A DNA stretch of 64,000 nucleotides from an uncultured Acidimicrobiia bacterium (GCA_963836205.1 CAWIIV010000006.1:64001-128000), one strand, 5' to 3'. Counted from the first letter of the stretch, positions 1 through 10,608 are shown. Notes: generated by a model from the sequence alone, not told the origin. Made by a program: numbers and translations.

Positions 1-716
1 CCGCAGGCCAGCGCCACCAGGGCGTCGGCGGCGTAGGCCTCGTAGGGCTCCCGGCGCCCCTCGCCCCGGGCGGTGGCGAAGATCCGCCGCTGGTGGACCT
101 CCAGCGCGGCCAGCAGCTTGGCCCCGGCGTCGGGACAGAGCCGGGCCTCGAGGCGAAAGGCCCCCTCCTCGTCGCTCCAGTGGCGCAGGAAGCGGTGCTG
201 GTGGACTCGTCGGTAGCCCTCGGAGGCGGCCGATCCCTCGGCCCGCACCGCCCGGCACCGCTCCTGCAGCGCGGGCAGGGTCTCGGAACCGGCCGCCGCC
301 ACCAGCTCGGCCTCGCGCTCGGGCCGTTCCCCGGCCACCGAGGCGACCTCCTTCGCCTGGGCCAGCGACAGCTTTCCGGAGCGAAGCGCCTCCTCCGTCG
401 CCGGCAGCGACTCCAGCCGGCGGGCCGTCTCCAACGCCACCACCGCCGAGCGCAGCGACGAACCCCAGCGGGAGGCCACGAAATGCGCCGCCGAACGAGT
501 CCCCGAGCCCTGCCAGGCCCGGGTCGCCTCCACCCGCCCCCCGGCCAGCGCCACCCCCGCCGCCCCCAGCCGCTCGACCTCGCCGAACAGCCCCAGCGCC
601 TCCACCGCCGCCGGCCCGTCGAGCGATCCCGGCTCGAAACCCGACACCATCTCGCGCAGCATCGTCACAAGCTCTGCCAGCCTGCCCCCCGTCCGACCCT
701 TCCGACATACCCTCAT
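1..716 (-). CDS. DUF222 / HNH-endonuclease-associated protein, N-terminal part (runs off the window start)
   Basis: Manual translation, not in ORF track: ...LAELVTMLREMVSGFEPGSLDGPAAVEALGLFGEVERLGAAG...ETARRLESLPATEEALRSGKLSLAQAKEV...RFLRHWSDEEGAFRLEARL...YAADALVALAC, typical of DUF222. In-frame ATG at 716; a leaderless ATG at 708 is one base out of frame across a C6 run. Confidence 0.75.
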   Translation of the reverse strand, partial: MRVCRKGRTGGRLAELVTMLREMVSGFEPGSLDGPAAVEALGLFGEVERLGAAGVALAGGRVEATRAWQGSGTRSAAHFVASRWGSSLRSAVVALETARRLESLPATEEALRSGKLSLAQAKEVASVAGERPEREAELVAAAGSETLPALQERCRAVRAEGSAASEGYRRVHQHRFLRHWSDEEGAFRLEARLCPDAGAKLLAALEVHQRRIFATARGEGRREPYEAYAADALVALAC

Positions 717-744
717 GCTATCGAACACACGTTCGGTGTGTCAA
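715..744 (-). promoter_or_regulatory. SigA-type promoter with a LexA (SOS) box in the spacer
   Basis: Minus strand TTGACA-18 nt-TAGCAT. The spacer holds TCGAAC-ACAC-GTTCGG (721-736 on +), matching the actinobacterial TCGAAC-N4-GTTCGA consensus. Confidence 0.8.
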
Positions 745-862
745 GCGATGAGGACAGGATCTCGGCCGACGCGGACCTCCCTCCGGCGGCGGGCAAGGGG
801 TTCCCAGGAAGCTCTTAGGTTGTGGCTGGGGGGCTCCCAGGGGTGGGGCTGACTATCAGGTC

Positions 863-1237
863 ATGAGCATGCAGACCGACCTCCGACCGACTGTTCCTCA
901 ACCGCCCGAGCCCCGGAAGCCCCGCCGGCTGGCCAACGTGCGCGACCACGCCGCGCCCGAAACCTCGGTTTCGGTGCGCCTGGAGCAGGCGGGGGCGATG
1001 GCCGTGCTGGTGGTGGCCGACGACGGGCCCGGGGTGACGGCGGAGGAGGCGGCCCGCGCCTTCGACCGCTTCTGGCAGGCAGACGGGGACAGTTCCGCCA
1101 GCCGGGGTCACCGGGGCACGGGCCTGGGCCTGTCGATCGTGGCCGAGATCGTGGCCGCCCACGGCGGCGACATCCGCCTCGAGACGGCCCCCGGCACCGG
1201 CGCCACCTTCACCATCACGCTGCCCGTCCGAGGTTGA
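863..1237 (+). pseudogene. Sensor histidine kinase remnant (HATPase_c only)
   Basis: N, G1, F and G2 boxes (LANVRDH, VADDGPG, AFDRFWQ, GTGLGLSIV) follow a ~22 aa leader, with no HisKA or sensor region. Confidence 0.65.
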
Positions 1238-1289
1238 CGCCAGGTACCCTGGGACCCGTGCGCCGACGACGTTGATCCCGACCCAAACC

Positions 1290-3018
1290 TGAGGTTCGCC
1301 GGCTCGGCCGGCTCGCAGTCGGTTGGTCCGCGCTCGCCGACACCATCCCGATCTACCCGCTGTACGCGCTGCTGTTCGCCGACGCCGGGTTGTCGGAAGG
1401 CCGCATCTCCACCCTCTTCCTGCTGTGGTCGGCGGTCGCCATCGTGGCCGAGGTGCCGGGGGGCGCACTCGCCGACCGCTTCTCCCGACGGTCGGCGCTG
1501 GCGGTTGCCTGCGTCTTCCAGGCCGCCGCCTACGTGCTGTGGACGGTCGCTCCCGGCTACGGCGCCTTCGCCGCCGGCTTCGTGGTGTGGGGCCTCGGGG
1601 AGGCCTTCGCCTCGGGAGCGCTGGAGGCACTGCTCTACGACGACCTGCTGGCCCTGGACAGCGAGGACCACTACCCCCGGATCTACGCGCGGGTCACCGC
1701 CGTCGGCCTGGTCTGCCAGCTCCCGACAGCGATCGCCGCCACCCTGCTGTTCGCAACCGGCGGCTACACCCTGGTCGGCTGGGCGAGTGTCGCCTGTTCC
1801 CTGGCCGCGGCGGCCGTCGCCACCCGTCTCCCCGAGCACCGAACGGAGCCCACCCCGGCCGCGACCACAGCCGGCTCGACCCCGCGCCGCGCCACCGGCA
1901 GCCCGGACGACGGCGACACCGAGCCGGAGGCACCGAGCGGGGCCGACACCGTTGTCCGGGCCGGTCACGGCGACGGCAGCAGCCCGGTCGGCGCCGGCCG
2001 AGGCAGGGACACGGACATCGCCGCCCCGACCGAGGTAGGCGCCCCGACCGAGGTAGGCGCCCAGACCGACGCCGCCCCGATCGATGTCGGCGTCCCGATC
2101 GATGTCGGCGTCCCGATCGATGTCGGCGTCCCGACCGAGGTCGGCGTCCCGACCGAGGTCGGCGTCCCGACCGACGTCGGCGTCCCGCCTGAGATCGGCG
2201 TCCCGACCGACGTCGCCGTCCCGACCGGCGTCGGCGTCCCGCCCGAGATCGGCGTCCCGACCGGCCTCCCGGCCTCGGCCGTAGCAGCCGTCGCTACCGG
2301 TAGGGCCGTCGCTACCGGTAGGGCCGTCGCTACCGGTAGGGCCGTCGCTACCGGTAGGGCCGTCGCTACCGGTAGGGCCGTCGCTACCGGTAGGGCCGGC
2401 TACCTCGCCGTCCTCCGCGAGGGGGTGGCGGAGGCAGCGCGCAACCCGGCGGTGCGGGCGGTGGTGGTGGCCGTCGCCGTGCTCACCGGGCTCGACGGCC
2501 TCGAGGAGTATTTCCCGCTGCTGGCCCACGACTGGGGGGTCCCGGCGTCGCTCGTCCCCGTGGCGGTGGTCGGCATCCCCCTGGCGGGCGCGGCCGGGGC
2601 CGCGATCGGCGGCGCCGCCAGCCGCTTCCGACCTCGGACCCTCGCGCTCGTCCTGGTGGCGGCCATCGGCCTGTTCTGCGCCGCCGTCCTCGTCCACCGA
2701 CCGGTGGCGGTGGCCGGGATCGCCCTCTCCTACGGGCTCTACCAGCTCGTCCTGGTCGTCACCACCGCCCGTCTCCAGCCCCGAATCGAGGGCTCGTCCC
2801 GGGCCACGGTGACCTCGGTGGCATCCTTGGGCACGGAGCTCAGCGCCGGACTGCTCCTGGCCGCGTGGGCCCTCGACCGCCGGTGGCTGGTCGCGGCGCT
2901 GGCCCTGGCCGTGGCCTGGGCACTCCCCCACCTGCTCCGGCCCCAGGCCGGCGACGGCGATCTCGCAACCGACCCGACCGGCTCGAAGAGGGGAGTGACG
3001 AGCCGCTCGCGGAAATGA
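1290..3018 (+). CDS. MFS transporter with a repeat-expanded central loop (true start unclear)
   Basis: Motif-A-like GGALADRFSRR and many hydrophobic helices. The frame is open upstream of 1390 (RLGRLAVGWSALADTIPIYPLYALLF) to a stop at 1273, suggesting a 5' indel. Confidence 0.8.
2023..2265 (+). repeat. Degenerate 18-bp tandem repeat, about 13 units, encoding PTEVGV/PIDVGV
   Basis: Units such as gtcccgaccgaggtcggc and gtcccgatcgatgtcggc read directly. Confidence 0.9.
2287..2394 (+). repeat. Perfect 18-bp tandem repeat x6 (gccgtcgctaccggtagg, AVATGR)
   Basis: Six identical copies, each containing the palindrome CTACCGGTAG. Confidence 0.95.
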
Positions 3019-3737
3019 CAGCGCTTGTCAGTACGCTCTACGACGTGCAAGGCCAATCGCGCGGACGAATCCTTGTCGTCGACGACGAGGACGACGTGCG
3101 CGCCCTTCTGGCCAGGTACCTCGAGACCGAGGGCTACCAAGTAGACCAGGCCGCCGACGCGCGCAGCGCCTACAAGGCCCTCGCCGAGCACCCGCCCGAC
3201 CTGGTGCTGCTCGACGTGATGCTCTCCCCCGACGACGGCCTCGAGGTTCTGTCCCGCCTCCGCAAGGAGAGTGACGTGGGCGTGATCCTGCTCACCGGCA
3301 AGGGTTCGGAGGCCGACCGGGTCGTCGGGCTGAAGCTCGGCGCAGACGACTACGTGGTCAAGCCGTTCTCCCCGGCGGAGGTGGAGGCCCGCATCGCATC
3401 GGTGCTGCGACGGGTGAGGCCGGCCACCACCACCCCCTCGTTCGACTTCGACGGGCTCTCCATCGACATGGCCACCCGGGAGGTCCGGGTCGGCAACGAG
3501 CTGGTGTCGCTCACGGCGAAGGAGTTCGACCTCCTCGCCTTCCTGGCCTCGTCCCCCCGCCAGGTCTTTTCCCGCGACCAGCTCCTCGACCAGGTCTGGA
3601 ACTCGTCGTCGGAATGGCAGAGCGCGGGCACCGTCACCGAGCACATCCGCCGCCTCCGCAACCGGATCGAACTCGACGTCGACCACCCCCGCTGGATCAC
3701 CACGGTGTGGGGCGTCGGGTACCGCTTCAACCCGTAG
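3015..3737 (+). CDS. OmpR/PhoB-family response regulator
   Basis: ILVVDDE, LVLLDVM, GADDYVVKPFS, LTAKEFDLL, TVWGVGYRF. The ATG overlaps the MFS stop (ATGA). Confidence 0.93.
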   Translation: MTALVSTLYDVQGQSRGRILVVDDEDDVRALLARYLETEGYQVDQAADARSAYKALAEHPPDLVLLDVMLSPDDGLEVLSRLRKESDVGVILLTGKGSEADRVVGLKLGADDYVVKPFSPAEVEARIASVLRRVRPATTTPSFDFDGLSIDMATREVRVGNELVSLTAKEFDLLAFLASSPRQVFSRDQLLDQVWNSSSEWQSAGTVTEHIRRLRNRIELDVDHPRWITTVWGVGYRFNP

Positions 3738-3746
3738 AGCCGAGCC

Positions 3747-6432
3747 TCAGCCCTGGCGGCGGCGCTTGGCCTCGTACATGGCCTCGTCCGCCCGGCGGAT
3801 GATCGTCTCCGGCTCCTCGGCCGACCCCCGCCCGAGGGACAGTCCGACACTGGCCGTGACCAGCTCGGTTGCGCTGCCGAGGACCATGGGCCGGGCCACC
3901 GCCTCCTCGATCCGGGCCCGCATCTGGGCCAGGTCCTCGTCGGTGTCGAGCCCGCCGCAGACCACCACGAACTCGTCGCCGCCGATGCGGCCGACGGTGT
4001 CGCCGGGACGGACCGCCCGCGAGAGCCGGCGGGCCATGCGCACCAGCACCTCGTCGCCCGTGTCGTGGCCCCATCGGTCGTTGATCGCCTTGAAGTCGTC
4101 GACGTCGAGGTAGAGCAGCGCCACCCCGCCGCCCGTACGCCCGGCCCGGGCCAGCTCGAGACGGATGCGGTCGAGGAGCAGGGTGCGGTTGGCCAGCCCG
4201 GTCAGGGGGTCGTGCAGCGCCTGCTCCGCGAAACGGGCCTCCAGCGCCTTGCGCTCGATGGCGTGGCGCACCGACCGTGACAGCCGCTGCCCGTCGACGC
4301 TGCCCTTGACCAGGTAGTCCTGCGCCCCCTCGTGGACGGCCTGCAGCCCCAGCTGCTCGTCGGCCAACGAGGTCAGGATGACGATGGGGACCATCGGGTC
4401 GAGCGCCGTCATCTGGGCCAGCGAGTCCAGGCCCTGGCCGTCGGGCAGGAAGAGATCGAGCAGGATGCAGTCGGCGGGATGGCGGTCGAGCTCGGTTCTG
4501 GCACCGGCCAGGTCCCGGGCCCGCCGCAGCCGGTAGGCCCCCTCGGCCCCGCCCGCCAGGATCTCCTCGACCAGGCGGGCGTGGTCGTCGTCGTCCTCCA
4601 CCAGGAGGAGGTCGAACCCGCCGTCGGGCATGGGAGCGCCCCGCCCCCCCGCACCGGGCGTGGCCGCCGGCACGATTGGCATCGGCGAGGGGCGGACGGC
4701 AGCCGCGGCGGCGGTGGGACCCGCCACGGCGGGACCGGCACCGGCGGTGGGACCGGCCGGGGCGGCGATGCCTCCGGCGGGACCGGGGCCGGCGAGCCCC
4801 GAACCGGAGGCGGCCTCGGTGAGGTCGTCGAGATTGTGGGCGCCCACCTCGTCGGGGACGGTGAAGCGGAAGCGGCTGCCGCCGCCCGGGTTCTCCTCCA
4901 CCCAAAGGGATCCACCCCGCTGCTCGACGATCCGCTTGCCGATCGCCAGGCCGATGCCGGTGCCTTCGTAGTCGTTGCGGTGCAGGCGTTGGAACATCCC
5001 GAAGATGTGGTCGCGGTGTTGGGGATCGATGCCGATGCCGTTGTCGGTGACGTCGATGCACCAGGCATTGACCATCCGTGACGCCGACACCCGGATCCGG
5101 GGCTGGGTGCCGGGGGCCACGAACTTGAGCCCGTTGGCCACCAGGTCGTGGAGGAGATGGACGAAGAGCGGCGGGTCGCCGGTGACCACCGGCAGCGCCT
5201 CGTGCTCGACCGACCCGCCGGAGGCGGCGATCTCGGCCTCGAAGCGAGGCCACCACCTCGTCGACCACGCCGTCGAGCGCCACCGGCACGTGCGGCCGCC
5301 GCTCGGCGCCGACCTTGGCGTAAGCCAGGAGGTCGTCGATGAGGACGTTCATGCGCACCGCGCTGCGGAGGATGAACCCCAGGAACTCCTGGCCCCGCTC
5401 GTCGAGGGTGTCGGCCTGGGTCTGCTCCAGCAGGCCGGCGAAGCCGGAGATGACCTGCAGGGGGGACTTGAGATCGTGGGCGGCGACGGTGGCGAACTGG
5501 GCCAACTCGGCGTTGGAGCGGGCCAGCTCCTTCTCGTAGCGCTCCCGCAACTCCTCGGCCTGGGCGCTGGCGGCCTCGGCCAGCTTGCGATCGGTGACGT
5601 CGAGCGCCTGGCAGATGAAGCGCTCGGGCGACCCGTCGTCGTCGCGCACCAGCGACCAGGTCAGCACCGTCCAGGCGATACGGCAGTCGGAGCGAACGAA
5701 GCGGTGCTCGTCCTGGACCCGGAGCCCGAGTCCTCGACGCCCAGCAGGCGCCGACGCAGCCCGGCACCACGCTCGACGTCGCCCGGATGGCTGATCGCAT
5801 CAATCCCGGAACCGAGAATCTCGGCCATGGGCCGGGCCACGATGCGACAAAAGGCGTCGTTCACCTTCTGGAACCGGCCTTGGAGATCGACGAGGGCCAT
5901 TCCGATGGGCGCGTGGTCGAACGCCAGGCGGAACCACTCCTGGCCCGGGTGACCGACATCGCCCCACGAGTCGAAGCCATCGGGGACGGGCGCCCCCGCG
6001 TCGCCCCCGTCGGGCAGCCGGCACGCATCCACCAAGCGCTCGACCAGCGACTCCGACAGCAGCCGCTTCTCGATGAAGGCGTCGGCCCCCGACGCCAGGG
6101 CCTGGTCACGTACCCGGCCGGGGTCGATCGCCGACAGGACCACGATTCGAGTCGAGGGTGAGGTGCGGCGGATGTCGGGGATCGCCGCCAGCCCGTCCAG
6201 CACCGGCATGGCCAGGTCGAGCAGGACCACGTCGGGGTGGTAGGCGCCGGCCATCCGCACCGCCTCCTCGCCGTCGCTCGCCTCGCCGACGATCTCGAAG
6301 GCGGCGGAGTCTTCCAGCATCCGCCGGAGCAGGGCCCGCATGGCCGAGGCGTCGTCGGCGATGACTACCCGGAGCCGGTCGCCGGGCGGTGCGTCGGCGA
6401 GATCGGTCGGATTCCCACATGGTGGCTGCCAT
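3747..6432 (-). CDS. Multidomain REC-PAS-HisKA-HATPase-REC-GGDEF signalling protein (frameshifted)
   Basis: Consecutive ORF pieces: REC (VVLLDLAMP), PAS (FDHAPIGMALVD), H-box (AAHDLKSPL), HATPase (DNGIGID, GTGIGLAI), REC (LLVEDD, ILLDLFLPD), GGDEF (RPGDTVGRIGGDEF). Breaks near 5690 and 5240; start approximate. Confidence 0.8.
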
Positions 6433-6683
6433 TCTCACGTGGATGACCACCCTCGACGCCATCCGGCCCCGCCAGCGCCAGTTGACACCGAGCTCGTCAC
6501 CCGGGTCGATGCCATCTCCCGCTCCTCGTCCCATCCAGCGGCGGGCGGGGCCGATCCCCATCCTGACGCCTGCCATGGAACGTTCGGGTGTCGACATCAA
6601 CCGCCCCACCACGAACTCTCAAAATCCTCGCAACTCTGAGAGTTGGATTGTCGGTTTCGGCGGACTGGGCGCCGGCGTCGTGC

Positions 6684-6977
6684 TTATCGGGAGACTGGCC
6701 GCCGGCCCGCCCGCCAGATCCGGCGCAGGCGGCGACGCTCCTCCTCGTCCGTGCCGCCCCAGATGCCCGCCTCCTGGTTGGTCTCGAAGGCGAACTGCAG
6801 GCAGGCGGTCTGCACCGGGCAGCGCCGGCACACCGCTTTGGCCGCCTGGATCTGCTCAACCGCGACCCCGGTCGTCCCCACCGGGAAGAACTGGTTGGCG
6901 TCCGACAGGCGGCAGGCGGCATCGACTCGCCAGCCCTCTTTGTCCCAGTCGAAACTTGGGCTCCACGTCACTGCCAC
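6684..6977 (-). CDS. whiB: WhiB-family Fe-S transcriptional regulator
   Basis: W..DAAC...FFP...AKAVCRRCPVQTAC...GIWGG: four Cys plus the GIWGG motif. Confidence 0.95.
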   Translation of the reverse strand: MAVTWSPSFDWDKEGWRVDAACRLSDANQFFPVGTTGVAVEQIQAAKAVCRRCPVQTACLQFAFETNQEAGIWGGTDEEERRRLRRIWRAGRRPVSR

Positions 6978-7206
6978 TCAGACCTCTCCTGCGATCGTCC
7001 AACGGTTGGACGCTGCCGGGGTCCGGGGCAACGACCTTCGCAGTTTAGGAGATCGCGGGGGTCTAAGGTCGAGGCGGGACCGATTCGGTCTCCCAGCGAT
7101 GCTCCAGATCCCGGCAGCGCGCGCCCGTCGCCGCTCCAACCGATCAGGACGTCTGGATGACCGCATGAGGTCTGTCTGTCTCTCAGGTCCGGGTTGGGCC
7201 GCGCCG

Positions 7207-7920
7207 ATGAGGGGCGAACGGCGGCTGCGCATCCTCGGCCGGCTGGCTGAAGGCGGGGGCGGAGCTGTCACCGGGTCACGGCTGTGCGACGTCTGCCGGG
7301 AGGTGACCGGAGTGACCGGTGCCGGCGTCATGCTCATGTCCGGCGACCTTCCCCTCGGGTCGATGTGCACGACCGATCGGGTCAGCGCCCTCATCGAGGA
7401 CCTGCAGTACACGTTGGGAGAGGGACCCTGCGTCGACGGCCACCTCCTCGGCCGCCCGGTGCTCGAACCCGACCTCGCCGATCCCGCCGTCCGGCGCTGG
7501 CCGGCCTTCAGCGGACCGGCGGTGGAGGCGGGGGTGCGGGCCGTCTTCGGGTTTCCGATGGTCGTGGGCGGCGTCCGGCTGGGGGCCGTCGACCTCTACG
7601 TCGACCGACCCGGCGCCCTCACCTACGACCAGCACGCCGACGCCCTCGTCCTGGCCGACGTGGCCGCGGAGGCGGTGCTCTGCCTGCAAGGGGTCGGGGC
7701 GGACGACGCCCCCGGCCTGGAGGCCGAGCTCGAGCGCGGTTCCAACTTCCAGTACGTGGTGCACCAGGCCGCGGGGATGGTGTCGGTGCAGCTCGACGTC
7801 AGCGTGACCCAGGCCCTGGTCCGACTCCGGTCTCACGCCTTCAGCCACCAGCGGGTGCTGGCCGACGTGGCCGCCGACGTGGTCGTCCGCACCCTCCGCT
7901 TCTCCGAGGAGGACATATGA
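7207..7920 (+). CDS. GAF + ANTAR domain protein
   Basis: QYTLGEGPCVD (GAF) and VHQAAGMVSVQLDVSVTQALVRLRSHAF (ANTAR). Confidence 0.88.
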   Translation: MRGERRLRILGRLAEGGGGAVTGSRLCDVCREVTGVTGAGVMLMSGDLPLGSMCTTDRVSALIEDLQYTLGEGPCVDGHLLGRPVLEPDLADPAVRRWPAFSGPAVEAGVRAVFGFPMVVGGVRLGAVDLYVDRPGALTYDQHADALVLADVAAEAVLCLQGVGADDAPGLEAELERGSNFQYVVHQAAGMVSVQLDVSVTQALVRLRSHAFSHQRVLADVAADVVVRTLRFSEEDI

Positions 7921-7987
7921 CGCCGGCCGTGGGTACCCTGACCCAGTCGTCCAAACCGCGGGCGAACGGTACGTAGGGGGCATCGAC

Positions 7988-8707
7988 ATCCCGAGAGAAG
8001 CGCTGCTGGCACGCACCTTGGTCGCACTCGCCGACAGCTTGGTCGCCGATTTCGACGTGGTCGAGCTGCTCACGCTGCTGACCGACCGCTGCGTCGACGT
8101 CCTCGACGTGGGCGCGGCCGGGATCATGCTCGTCTCGCCCGACGGCGAGCTGCGGGTGGTGGCTTCGTCGAGCGAGGCGGCCCGGGTTCTCGAGCTCTTC
8201 GAGGTGCAGGCCGACGAGGGACCGTGCGTCGACTGCTTCCGCACCGGCCAGCCCATCCTCAATCTCGCCCTCGACAGCGTCGACGGCCGCTGGCCCCACT
8301 TCGGCCCCAAGGCGATGGCGGCCGGCTTCCGGTCGGTGCACGCCCTGCCCATGCGGCTGCGGAACCAGACCATCGGCGCCCTCAACATGTACCGCGTCGA
8401 CGACAGCCTGATGCGCGACTCCGACGTCGTCGCCGCCCAGGCCCTGGCCGACGTGGCCACCATCGCCATCCTCCAGCACCGCGCCGTCGCCGACGCCCAG
8501 CTCCTCAACGAGCAGCTCAGCCAGGCCCTCAACACTCGCGTCGCGATCGAGCAGGCCAAAGGGGTCGTCGCCGAGCGGGCCGACGTCGACATGCGAGAGG
8601 CCTTCGCCCGCCTCCGCCGCCACGCCCGCAACCACAACCTGCGCCTCGCCGACGTGGCCCAGGCGGTGAGCTGCAAGTCCCTCCCGGTGGGCGCCCTCGA
8701 TCCCTGA
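7988..8707 (+). CDS. GAF + ANTAR domain protein
   Basis: EGPCVDCFRTG and IEQAKGVVAER...AFARLRRHARNHN. The family-like N-terminus PREALLARTLV begins at an ATC codon (7988) after an AGGGGG RBS; the track start is 8018. Confidence 0.9.
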   Translation: MPREALLARTLVALADSLVADFDVVELLTLLTDRCVDVLDVGAAGIMLVSPDGELRVVASSSEAARVLELFEVQADEGPCVDCFRTGQPILNLALDSVDGRWPHFGPKAMAAGFRSVHALPMRLRNQTIGALNMYRVDDSLMRDSDVVAAQALADVATIAILQHRAVADAQLLNEQLSQALNTRVAIEQAKGVVAERADVDMREAFARLRRHARNHNLRLADVAQAVSCKSLPVGALDP

Positions 8708-8748
8708 TCCGTGGGTCCTGATCACTCAAGGCTGCCGGCCCCTCCGCC

Positions 8749-9318
8749 GATGATGGAAGGACGAGCCTCGGACCCGCCTTCGACTCCGTCCTCGCCGCCG
8801 CCCGTACCGGTGCCGGTTGGGCGCGGACGCGGCTCTACCAGTCGCTGGCCCCGGCCGTGGCCGGGTACGTGCGGGCCCAGGGGGTCGCCGACCCGTCCGA
8901 CCTGACCAGCGACGTGTTCGTGGCCGTCCTGACCCGGCTGCCGTCGTTCGAGGGGAACGAGGACCAGTTCCGCAGCTGGGTGTTCACCATCGCCTACCGG
9001 CGGGTGGTCGACGAGTGGCGGACCCGGGCCCGGCGGGACACGGCGTTGCCCGACCCTCCGGCGGTAGGCGATGCGGCCTCGTCGTCGCCGGCGGAGGCCG
9101 TCGCCCTCGCCCGCCTCGGGGACGAGCGGGTGGCCGAGCTGCTGGCCACCCTCACCCCCGACCAGCGCCACGTCATCGCCCTGCGGGTGGTGGCCGATCT
9201 CAGCCTGGAGCAGGTGGCCGAGCTGCTGGACAAGCCGGTGGGCGCGGCGAAGGCGCTCCAGCACCGGGGACTGGCCACCCTCCGGCGCACGATGGCGGGC
9301 AAGGCCGTATCCCGATGA
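8749..9318 (+). CDS. ECF RNA polymerase sigma factor (5' frameshift)
   Basis: Region 2 (FRSWVFTIAYRRVVD) and region 4 (LTPDQRHVIALRVVADLSLEQVAELL). Confidence 0.88.
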   Translation, partial: DDGRTSLGPAFDSVLAAARTGAGWARTRLYQSLAPAVAGYVRAQGVADPSDLTSDVFVAVLTRLPSFEGNEDQFRSWVFTIAYRRVVDEWRTRARRDTALPDPPAVGDAASSSPAEAVALARLGDERVAELLATLTPDQRHVIALRVVADLSLEQVAELLDKPVGAAKALQHRGLATLRRTMAGKAVSR

Positions 9319-10096
9319 CGCACTCCTCCGATGGCTGGGGCGACATGCGTGACGAGCAGCTTCCGGACGAGCCCCTCGTGACCGACTTCCTGGCGGAGTT
9401 GCGGTCGTGGGGCACGGGTGAGGCGCCGACTCCCTCGGCGTCGCTGGCGACGCTGCTCGACGCCGAACACGTGGCCCCCGCGGCCCCCGTGCACCCCGTG
9501 CCGCAGCCCATCAGGAGGAAGAGGATGCTCGTCACCAAGCTCGCCGGACTCGGACTGGCGGCCAAGGTCGCCCTGGGCGCCGGCGTCGCCGCCGCCGCCG
9601 TCACCACCGCCGGGGCCGGCGGGGTGCTCCCGGGACCCGCCCAACACGGGGTGGCCGTCGCCATCATCGCCGTCTCCCCGCTCGACATCCCCGACCGGGC
9701 CAAGGACAAGGCCGTCGCCGACGAAGCCCGATGGACGCCGATGACGGGTGACGCCACCACCACGACGCTCGCCCTGCCGGGAGTCGGTGACCCCACGGAT
9801 GACGTCGATGACGACGAGGACGGCGACGCGACGAGGCCACCGACAACCACGGCGCCTGCGTCTCCGCCGTCGCCCGCGACAAGGGCCTGAGCGGCCGCGA
9901 GCACGGCCAGGCGGTGTCGGCCATCGCCCAGAGCGACTGCGGCAAGGAGGACGAGCCCACCACCACGACCACGATCCCGACGTCGACGACCACAACCATC
10001 GCCACCATCGCCGAGACCCCGAGCGAGACCTCCGGCCCGGGCAACTCCGGCGGGAACGGGAACGGGAACAAGGGCAAGGACGCCGGCAACTCGTAG
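9315..10096 (+). CDS. Membrane-anchored Thr/Gly-rich protein, possible anti-sigma partner (frameshift near 9840)
   Basis: ATGA-coupled to the sigma gene, one hydrophobic segment, low-complexity C-terminus (HGQAVSAIAQSDCGK, GNGNGN). Confidence 0.5.
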
Positions 10097-10334
10097 TCCC
10101 CGTCGGACAGTTCGCTGCGCCCGTGGGGACGTGATCGAGGCCAAGGACGGCCGAACTCACGTCCTACGGGTGATCCGAGCCGTCGAGCCGGTCAGCCGTG
10201 GGCGGGCGGGATGTTGGCGTTCCGGACGAAGGCGTGAGGTCGGCGGCATCTGGGTGTCGATGACCGCCGCCGCGGCTGTCGGCAGGCGACTGGACCGGTC
10301 CGGCGTCGTCACTGGTGACGGTCACGTTGAGGCA

Positions 10335-10435
10335 CCGGGCCTGGGCCGACGACCGAAAACCGGCCCACTCGCGAGCGGCGGACGGGGCATCCGGCACGGA
10401 ACAGCAGGCCGTCGTCGGCGACGACTACCCGGCAC
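10335..10435 (-). pseudogene. Relic of a NarL-type receiver-domain N-terminus
   Basis: Minus strand reads RVVVADDGLLFRAG and then, with indels, A.FSVVG-like residues; no continuation. Confidence 0.35.
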
Positions 10436-10608
10436 GGGACCGCCCGCTGACCTGTCGCACCGTCGAAGTCGTGACGACCCGCGGCGCGGGCACTCTGGGA
10501 CCACGTCGGGAGCGGGCCCAGGGCGCCAAACGGGCGCCGGGGGTTAGGGCCGTGACAGGTGACTGTGCCGGTTTTATCGGGAGATGGCCGGGGACGCCCC
10601 GGAGTCCC

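Noticed and set aside
2023-2394. Possible CRISPR array
   Set aside because: Head-to-tail 18-bp units without unique spacers, in frame in a CDS, and no cas genes.
6350-10432. 23-bp near-identical repeat at about 6350 and 10410
   Set aside because: Both encode the RVV(I/V)ADD receiver motif; protein-level similarity, not an att site.
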